IMG/VR virus record: IMGVR_UViG_3300043442_000948 | Strand: one strand, 5' to 3' | Source: an uncultured virus (IMG/VR IMGVR_UViG_3300043442_000948) | Lineage: Duplodnaviria > Heunggongvirae > Uroviricota > Caudoviricetes | DNA length: 59,250 nt | Shown here: positions 52,251-59,250 of the stretch, one piece after another | How the letters are laid out: each line of letters begins with the position of its first letter | Position numbering within the stretch: position 1 is the stretch's first letter | The notes under the pieces: generated by a model | The model's input: only the letters and a program-made list of their open reading frames with translations | What the model was told of the DNA's origin: nothing | Databases searched by the model: none | Program-made: the position numbers and the translations under genes

Positions 52251-53909
52251 CTACTTGAGGTTGTACTTAGTTATTAATAGGTCGATAGTATAAAAAGCCT
52301 TGTTTTTACGGACGGCGTAGAACTTATAGCTGATGATTACACCGGTGTAGATAATCCGTTCTGGATTCTCGGCTTTTGTGCCAGAAGCTCCAATATTAGA
52401 AGCTTGTACGGTAACCGTAACTTCCGTGCCTGGGAGTACCACTTCATCCATGAATAACTTGGCTTGGTTGTTAGCGCTGACGTCCTTGTCAAACGGTTCG
52501 GTGTAGGCTCCCATTAGCACATCGTTTTTGGATAGCGAAGCCCCGTCGCGTCCTTTATCTATATTTTCTTCGCCGGTCATTGCTCCAATTAGGTTCAGCA
52601 TGGAATTGTTAATCCCAATTGTCTGCACAACTGGGGTACAGCCAGGCACAACTATATTCTTGTGTTTGGTATCAATTCGGTGGAGTATCCCTGGCTTCAC
52701 TTCAGGGACTTCGATGTTACCAAACTTGGAGCCACCCCGGTTTTCCATTGCTGGCAGTAGGTCAAACCAGAAGGTCTTGGTTTTACCGCTAAGGTCACGG
52801 TATTTGACAGAAAATTTATCGTCTCGGTTGGCTCGGAACTTAGTATTGCTAGGAATGTTGAATCCCTTATTAGCATCAAACGGCTTGTTAGCATTAACGG
52901 CTGCTTGGGAAGCCAGTAGGAAAGACGAGTCTTCAATTGGCTGAACCGCGGTCGTGCGGGGGTTGATACCTTCTTTAGCCAGAACTTCTGTCTTCTTACC
53001 GATAAATGGAGCAATTGGTTTTGTTTCTTCTTTCTTGCCAATGAACGGGGCAATAGGGATAGTCTGCTCCTTACTATCCCATAAAGGAATAACAGGGATA
53101 GTCTGCTCCTTACTATCCCATAAAGGAATAACAGTGCTATCAATCTCAAAGGTGACTTCCCCTTTACTGCCGTCATAGGCGACCTCTTCTTTAGGCCCTA
53201 CTTTCCACAGCGGCGTCGGGCTTTTCCAGAGGGTATAAGCGCCTTGGAAAAAGCTAACGTTGTATTTGAGTCCGATTTTCAACCAAAGCCGTCTTAGCTC
53301 TTCCCGTTCCTTTGCTGGGTTATAGTTAGGCCCCGGCCATAAAGGTTTGGAACGGTTGTTGCTATCGATGGTTTTATTAACGTAGCCTTGCAGTCCAATA
53401 GCTGTCCACAATTTGATTAACTCACGGCGTTCCCGCTTTCTTTGTTCGTCAAGTCCTAAGTCCAACCAGGCTTCTTCGTTAACACCCAGCTGCGCCCAGT
53501 CGTCTTTGGTGAATCCCAACTGTTGCCAGGTCTCTTTGGTAAAGTTAAAGGCTAGTAACTCATTAGTGGTGTAGCCTAAAGCAAGAAAGTCGGCTTTCTT
53601 GAATCCCAGCTTTAACCAGTCTGCCCGCTCAAACCCATAGCGCACAAAGTCGTCTTTAACGAACCCTAGATTCAACAGCCGCTGTTTGTCAAAGACGTAT
53701 AACCAGTCTGCTTTCTGGAATCCCAACTGAACCAGTTCGTTTTTGGTTAAGTTAAGGTCTAACCAATCCTGACGGCTCTTGCCGAAACTGGCTAGCTGTT
53801 GTTTTGTAATCTTTAGCTGCCGCCAGAGTTCTTCTAACTTAAGCCGTTCTTCTTCTGCTTCATTGATTAACGGCTCGTTTGGGTCAATGATAAACTCTAG
53901 TTCGTCCAT
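52251..53909 (-). CDS. repeat-containing putative tail/baseplate-associated protein
   Basis: GGAGG RBS; ~10-aa LGFxKxD(W/F) repeats, 13-aa repeats, globular C-terminal domain. Confidence 0.7.
   Translation of the reverse strand: MDELEFIIDPNEPLINEAEEERLKLEELWRQLKITKQQLASFGKSRQDWLDLNLTKNELVQLGFQKADWLYVFDKQRLLNLGFVKDDFVRYGFERADWLKLGFKKADFLALGYTTNELLAFNFTKETWQQLGFTKDDWAQLGVNEEAWLDLGLDEQRKRERRELIKLWTAIGLQGYVNKTIDSNNRSKPLWPGPNYNPAKEREELRRLWLKIGLKYNVSFFQGAYTLWKSPTPLWKVGPKEEVAYDGSKGEVTFEIDSTVIPLWDSKEQTIPVIPLWDSKEQTIPIAPFIGKKEETKPIAPFIGKKTEVLAKEGINPRTTAVQPIEDSSFLLASQAAVNANKPFDANKGFNIPSNTKFRANRDDKFSVKYRDLSGKTKTFWFDLLPAMENRGGSKFGNIEVPEVKPGILHRIDTKHKNIVVPGCTPVVQTIGINNSMLNLIGAMTGEENIDKGRDGASLSKNDVLMGAYTEPFDKDVSANNQAKLFMDEVVLPGTEVTVTVQASNIGASGTKAENPERIIYTGVIISYKFYAVRKNKAFYTIDLLITKYNLK
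53055..53134. repeat. perfect 39-bp tandem duplication inside CDS
   Basis: AGGGATAGTCTGCTCCTTACTATCCCATAAAGGAATAAC x2 (VIPLWDSKEQTIP). Confidence 0.9.
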
Positions 53910-53910
53910 C

Positions 53911-54435
53911 CTAAACCTCCACTACTTCTTTAATATTCTCGATAGCGTTGGTTGTGATTTGAATCGGCGGGTTGTGGCGCAGGTAAAAAAGGTCAGCAGA
54001 CTCTACATCACCCGTTTGGATAAAGGAGCTGGTATCCGTGCCGTACTTAAAGACCGCATTTTTATAAAGTCCAATGCTTCGGTACGACCGGGGGATACCA
54101 TCAATAACGTCGTTGTGAATCAATGTCCCTTCTATTAGAACAAAGCGGCAGCGGGTTTTGGTTAGCAATTCCAGGTCGTTTTCAACACTAACTAAGTTAT
54201 ACCCATTGATAATTAACTCTGCGTCTTCAGGGCGGCGGGTAACCAACACAGGCCGGGCGGTGACCCGGATAAACCCAAAGCACTCTTCTTGCACGCTGGT
54301 GTACTTGTTAGGTGGGTCAGGATTTAAGTCAGCTATCCAAGGCGAAGTTCTACCAAATCCTAAGAGTAGCTTAGTGTGATTGCTTATTTCCTGAACCCGG
54401 AGGGCTTGCGCCTGTTGGACAATAATAGACTTCAT
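53911..54435 (-). CDS. putative baseplate wedge-type protein
   Basis: LGFGRTSPW..NPDPP and YRSIGL motifs resembling myovirus baseplate subunits. Confidence 0.55.
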   Translation of the reverse strand: MKSIIVQQAQALRVQEISNHTKLLLGFGRTSPWIADLNPDPPNKYTSVQEECFGFIRVTARPVLVTRRPEDAELIINGYNLVSVENDLELLTKTRCRFVLIEGTLIHNDVIDGIPRSYRSIGLYKNAVFKYGTDTSSFIQTGDVESADLFYLRHNPPIQITTNAIENIKEVVEV

Positions 54436-54468
54436 CTGTAGCAAAAATAAAACCTTACTATTATCAAC

Positions 54469-57400
54469 CTAACCGAAACCTAACAGTTGAGCGGTGGTAG
54501 GGGAATCAGTGTCTTCTGATATAACTTGTATATACTCTTGGATGGATAACGCAACGTTCGTCCCGCCTGCTGCTGACTGAACAATGTCCCCTTTATTTCG
54601 TTCCACGGAGATTGGAACACCCCCGTCGGTTTCCATAACTTCCATATCGTCAGAGTCCTCTTCGTTGCCTAGTAAGTTTTGGGATAAGTAATTATAGATA
54701 TTTTGGGCGCTGCTCATCATACTCTTGACAACGTCTGCCATAAACTCGTCTTGGCTGACGGTTGTTTCTGGTAAAGGCCGTTGGGAAATCATTCCACCTA
54801 CAGCCATACCGATCACCCCGCTGGCGACTTCCGTGACGATTCTGCCCACACCGGTTTGCCCAGCAATTCCTTCGACGCCAGCTAGACCACTTCGTCTTGA
54901 GTCGACGGCTTGACCCAGTAAGGAGCCTGTCATTACTGCCCCACTGTAGACCAATTCACTCAACGCAGCACGGGCTAAACCTTCCGTCGGGCTTTCGTAG
55001 TTCATAAGGAACTGCTGCATCCGTCCGAATTGGAACTTATTAGCCACGTTAGCCATTCGTTTAAGGGACGCGGTATCTGTGTTAGGAGACACAAAGCTCC
55101 GTAGTGCTGACTCTTCGTAGGAGTTGTACATTACCGCCGACTGAATAACATCTGCGCTCAGACTGGTTAACTGCTGGGTTATAGGAATATCCCCCTGCAT
55201 CATAGAGAACAGCAGGGGCACTGCCAAGATACTAACTCCTTCCGCTACAGTGTTCATCCGTTGCAGCTGCTGGTGCAAGGCGGCTTGCTGCTGCGCCGTT
55301 GCTCTTAACTCCATACTGCGGTCTGTTTGGTCAATAATCTTATGTACTCGGCGCATAACGTCGTTTGCTGGGCTTTCAAAGGTTCGCTCCCCTAAGTTGC
55401 GCTGCTCTTCTTCATAAGCAAGGTAACCTTCATTCAGCCTTGACTGGTTAAGAACGTCTACTTCCTTCCGTAGGTTTTCCAACTCAATAATTTGGCTTTG
55501 GGCCTCCGCAGAACTGACGTCTAACGTGGCTAGGTGCGCTGTCTTCTGGGCAATCATTTCTGTCAGAGTGTTCTGCAGGCTTGCCATGCCCATCTGAGCG
55601 TGTTGGTAAGCATTAGCACTCGCAACCTGCTCCAAGGCCCCGCGGTCAGCGGTCAGGGCCTGTATTAATTTGTTTTGGAACTCGACCCGCTCGCTGGTGT
55701 CTAAGCCTTGGGTCGTCGCTTCTATCATTGGTAGAACGTTCTGTGGAATAGCTCCCCCTAAGGACAAAGCAGCGAACACAGCTCGGGTCTCTGTTTCCGT
55801 TAAGGGAATCTTATTCCCATCGGCATCGGTGCGACCTTGGTGTTGATTCACAGCGTCTACAATATCTAACACGCTCTTAGCAAAGGCTTTAGGTAGTGAT
55901 TCGCCGACTAACTTCCCGGCGTCCAAAGCGTACTGCTGCGCTTGGAATTCTATTGCTAATGAAGAGTAGGTTTTCTGCTGGTCGATTAGTGCTTCGTGGA
56001 GCCTTGAAGTCTGTCCGTTAGCCGCGATTTCGCTTACGGCTTGGTTGAAGGCTCGTAGGTTTTCTAAAGCCGGGATTAACTGCTGGGTCTGCCCAGCAAC
56101 CGTATGCTCGATTAGACCACCGAAGACCGCTTTGGTTAAAGACTTATCGCTTAAGGAGGCAGTTTGGTCTTTAGTCTTCTGTTGGTTAATAGCACTTCTT
56201 ATAGCGTGTTGCTGGGCTGCTAGCTGTTCTTCACTTTCGCTGCGCTGGTCCGCCAGCCGTCCTTGGATATTATCCAAAGCTTCGCCAGGGCCATACTTTT
56301 GTTGCAGTAAAGTACCGGCCATTTCTTCAACAGCGGCAAGCTTTTCGTTAAGCGTTTCATAGTTACCCTCGATACCATTAAGAATACCAAAGGCAGTTTG
56401 GCTGAAGTCTTTGAACGTTTGGGGTACGTCTGCTTCGCCACCGACCTTGATGTCCAAATAAGACTGAACATTTTTGATATGGTCTTCAGCACTGGCTAAC
56501 CGTAAAGCGTTCTGGTCTACAACGGTTCCTTCAGCGTTTAGACCATAGAATTTCAAAGCCGCGTCGGTTTCTTCGTTCTTGATGTAATCCATGTTTTCCA
56601 GGTTGGCGTCAATAATAAACTGTGCCTGGAACTTGTTGAGCATATCTGCCAAAACAAAGGTGGTCAGCTTGCTATCGTTGATAGCGCCGTCGACGACAAT
56701 CTGCCGTGCTATCTCGGGGTCAAGGCTATTAGTTTCTAACGCTGCTTGGTACCGCTCTTTTACATGTTTCAGTGTTTCTCCATAGGAGCTATTGTCCATT
56801 AGATTACGAGCCGAGTTACCGGTGCCACCGACGTAGTCTGTTAGCAGTTTTAGCGCAGCAAAGGATGTCAACGCCGAAGTTTCTTCTACGGTAACTCCAG
56901 TTACGTCACCACCATAGTTGTAGGCTAACCCTTTGTTTGCCATGGTTCCTAGGAAGTCTTGGCTAATAATCTGGATGTACTTAGCTCTCTGGTCTTGGTC
57001 GGTGTACTGCGACTCCCGTTGAATAATCTCCGCGTAGCCTTTTAACGCGCTGAGTTCTTCCTGCTCGGTAACCCCAATCTTCCTGAGTTGTTCTAAAGCA
57101 GCAGGGCTGACTGTATATTCCAGTAATCGTCCGCTTAGCCCGCCGGCCTGCTTAGGTTTCAAGGCGCTATCCCGTAGATACTGTTGGGTTGTTAATAGCA
57201 GTCGGTATATAGTGCTATTCATTTCTTCTGTGTTGCGGGTGGCCATACGCCACGGCACGATTTCACCAGCGGTGACAGCGTTTTGAGTCAGCTGGTTTTT
57301 CATTAGTTCTAAAGCGTCCCCAACATTCCCGTCCGCTTCAACCTGGCTAAATCCCCGCTCTACGGACTCGTTAAAGCTCTTGACCATATCTGGGTCTAAC

Positions 57401-59250
57401 AACATTCGGTTGAAGGATATATTTGCGGACAGGCCAGCACTAATTGGCACCACAGTGTTATAGACTTTCCCTAACAGCGAGCCCCCGGTGGTACCCATAA
57501 TGGCCTGCATCGAGCCCAAGCCTTCTGGGTCTATCGTCGTACCGGAGACGTTGCCTAGGATTTTTGACATACTAAACATTGACATAACCGTAGACTCAGT
57601 CTGGGCTTGGTACTCACTGACCGCGCTGACGTAGTCTTGAGTGTTAATGCCTTGGGTTTGGCTGGCTAAGAAAGCCTGATAACTACTGGACTGCTCGAAC
57701 TGCTGCGCCCAGAACATGAAGTTACTCTGTACCCGGTTGATAGCCCGGTCGCCTAATTCGTGAATGCCAGCTGAAAAACCAATGCCTTGGATTTTGCTAT
57801 CACCATCAAAAAGAATGTTGTTAATGTAGGTGTATCGTCCAATTTCACCCCGCTGGAGTCCAGTTTCTAAACTGAAGCCGCCTAGTGTGTCTCGGAACTG
57901 CTTAACCATTCCGCGCAGCGCTTCGTCTTTGAAAACTGTGGCACCAGTAATCTGCTTGTTGCCAACTAACTGTTGGGGTAAAGCGGTATAACTACCAATG
58001 TAACTCCGCAGGCCTTCATAGGCATACTCAGCCCGACCTTGCTTAGTTCTTAACACTTCTTCTTTAGCAGCATCTATAATGCTTTCTGCTTGGGTAATAC
58101 TTCCTTTTGCTAATAGAATCTGACTTTCTAACCAAGCTCTCTGGGCGGCATACTCACTGGCGCTTACGTTTAAACCTGCGTTACTGTTTTGGTCTCTGTC
58201 CAACGACATTAACTGCCGCTCAAAGCGTTTGATTTGAACAGTATTCTCGGAGATCGTACCAGTGGCTTGGTTAATCTTACTCAGCGCAGCCTGGAAGGAG
58301 TCCCCGTCGTAGTCCCCTAAGCCGGTGAACTCAAAGCCGAAAGCGCTGAGCAACATTAATGTAGACGCTGCGCTTTCGTTAGATACGAAGTAGCTGTTTA
58401 ACTCCTGAGCCCGGCGGTTGGTTTCTGTAATCCGAATGGATTGCTTAGCGATAGCATTAAGCGCATGTCCACTGGTAGGGGAGCTGGTGCCAAAGGGAGC
58501 CCCTTGCCGGCCTGTTAGTACGGCTCCAGCACCTACTTTCTCTTCGATGCGGTCAACGACTTTATCAATCTCCATGGGGTTGAAGTCTTGACCCATAATT
58601 GTAGCCGCCACGATATAGGTCAGGTCTTCATTGTTCATCAAGCGGCGGAATAACTCCTGCTCGGTGACTGCCTGCCATTGAGGATTATCATAAAGAGCAG
58701 CATACTTTCTGAGCAGGTTAGCCCAGTGGCTTAGTTGTTTAGTTAGCTTTCCTACATCAGGGTAATTTCCATAAACGTCTGCTTCTTGACGTAGCAGCCG
58801 AACGACTTGACGCTCTTCTGTCTCGATAACGTCTTCATTGCTGTTAAGCACTGGCTGAATGTTAGCATACCCAACCCGCTGCTGTATCTGCGCTTCATAA
58901 GCCTGACGTTGTTGTTGAGTAAGTCTTGACATGCTTAAGGTAGCCTGCTCAAAAGCGGGGGTCATATTACTTAATAGTGTTTCCTGTCTTGCAAGCTCTT
59001 CACTATTAACTGTCCCTTGTTGCCCTTCCAGAGCGTTAAGTCTATCAATTTGGTTGTTGTAGTTCTGAACTGTTAGTTTGTTCTGGGCATAGGCTAACAA
59101 CCCTTCTACTTCGTTCAGCCGGACATCTAACTGTTGTTGGTTAAGGTTGTAGTCAATGTTTAGCTTGAAGTAGGACGGGCCCAGCGTCTGCGTCCGTTTG
59201 TTCTCCACAAAACTAACTGCTTCTTCTACCTGCTGAAGCCGCTGGGTTAG
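54469..59250 (-). CDS. giant virion-module protein (C-terminal >1590 aa) with GDYDGD RNA-polymerase-type motif; truncated by window end
   Basis: Frame stays open from 59208 to 59250; RQGAP (58495-58509) 65 aa before DYDGD (58300-58314); long helical, Gln/Ala-rich tape-measure-like C-terminus. Confidence 0.7.
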   Translation of the reverse strand, partial: LTQRLQQVEEAVSFVENKRTQTLGPSYFKLNIDYNLNQQQLDVRLNEVEGLLAYAQNKLTVQNYNNQIDRLNALEGQQGTVNSEELARQETLLSNMTPAFEQATLSMSRLTQQQRQAYEAQIQQRVGYANIQPVLNSNEDVIETEERQVVRLLRQEADVYGNYPDVGKLTKQLSHWANLLRKYAALYDNPQWQAVTEQELFRRLMNNEDLTYIVAATIMGQDFNPMEIDKVVDRIEEKVGAGAVLTGRQGAPFGTSSPTSGHALNAIAKQSIRITETNRRAQELNSYFVSNESAASTLMLLSAFGFEFTGLGDYDGDSFQAALSKINQATGTISENTVQIKRFERQLMSLDRDQNSNAGLNVSASEYAAQRAWLESQILLAKGSITQAESIIDAAKEEVLRTKQGRAEYAYEGLRSYIGSYTALPQQLVGNKQITGATVFKDEALRGMVKQFRDTLGGFSLETGLQRGEIGRYTYINNILFDGDSKIQGIGFSAGIHELGDRAINRVQSNFMFWAQQFEQSSSYQAFLASQTQGINTQDYVSAVSEYQAQTESTVMSMFSMSKILGNVSGTTIDPEGLGSMQAIMGTTGGSLLGKVYNTVVPISAGLSANISFNRMLLDPDMVKSFNESVERGFSQVEADGNVGDALELMKNQLTQNAVTAGEIVPWRMATRNTEEMNSTIYRLLLTTQQYLRDSALKPKQAGGLSGRLLEYTVSPAALEQLRKIGVTEQEELSALKGYAEIIQRESQYTDQDQRAKYIQIISQDFLGTMANKGLAYNYGGDVTGVTVEETSALTSFAALKLLTDYVGGTGNSARNLMDNSSYGETLKHVKERYQAALETNSLDPEIARQIVVDGAINDSKLTTFVLADMLNKFQAQFIIDANLENMDYIKNEETDAALKFYGLNAEGTVVDQNALRLASAEDHIKNVQSYLDIKVGGEADVPQTFKDFSQTAFGILNGIEGNYETLNEKLAAVEEMAGTLLQQKYGPGEALDNIQGRLADQRSESEEQLAAQQHAIRSAINQQKTKDQTASLSDKSLTKAVFGGLIEHTVAGQTQQLIPALENLRAFNQAVSEIAANGQTSRLHEALIDQQKTYSSLAIEFQAQQYALDAGKLVGESLPKAFAKSVLDIVDAVNQHQGRTDADGNKIPLTETETRAVFAALSLGGAIPQNVLPMIEATTQGLDTSERVEFQNKLIQALTADRGALEQVASANAYQHAQMGMASLQNTLTEMIAQKTAHLATLDVSSAEAQSQIIELENLRKEVDVLNQSRLNEGYLAYEEEQRNLGERTFESPANDVMRRVHKIIDQTDRSMELRATAQQQAALHQQLQRMNTVAEGVSILAVPLLFSMMQGDIPITQQLTSLSADVIQSAVMYNSYEESALRSFVSPNTDTASLKRMANVANKFQFGRMQQFLMNYESPTEGLARAALSELVYSGAVMTGSLLGQAVDSRRSGLAGVEGIAGQTGVGRIVTEVASGVIGMAVGGMISQRPLPETTVSQDEFMADVVKSMMSSAQNIYNYLSQNLLGNEEDSDDMEVMETDGGVPISVERNKGDIVQSAAGGTNVALSIQEYIQVISEDTDSPTTAQLLGFG

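Overview
Fragment of a large tailed cyanophage genome (nblA, cyanobacterial-type sigma-70 factor, cyanobacterial-type tyrosine integrase, tRNA-Val). 1-26 kb: minus-strand recombination/nucleotide/host-takeover genes (recA, integrase, HNH, thyA, dNMP kinase, PD-(D/E)xK nuclease, tandem NblA, sigma factor, GT4 glycosyltransferase, PIN-PhoH, HU) interleaved with plus-strand virion genes (tail-fibre-like proteins, a 1615-aa FN3/Ig-repeat protein, fibre chaperone). 26.5-50.8 kb: a repeat-bounded, almost entirely minus-strand block of short promoter/terminator-delimited genes, several candidate structured ncRNAs and a ~4100-aa ORF. 51-59 kb: baseplate-type genes and the C-terminal part of another giant ORF. 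Main candidate novelty: a self-contained transcription system with two giant proteins each carrying a two-barrel RNA polymerase-type DxDGD motif (one fused to NADAR-like and Pif1-like helicase domains, one in the virion module), a repeated non-sigma70 promoter-like motif, a six-copy dispersed palindrome, and unusual RNAs including a tRNA-like molecule with a large multibranch insert. All domain calls come from motif recognition by eye and need HMM/structure confirmation.
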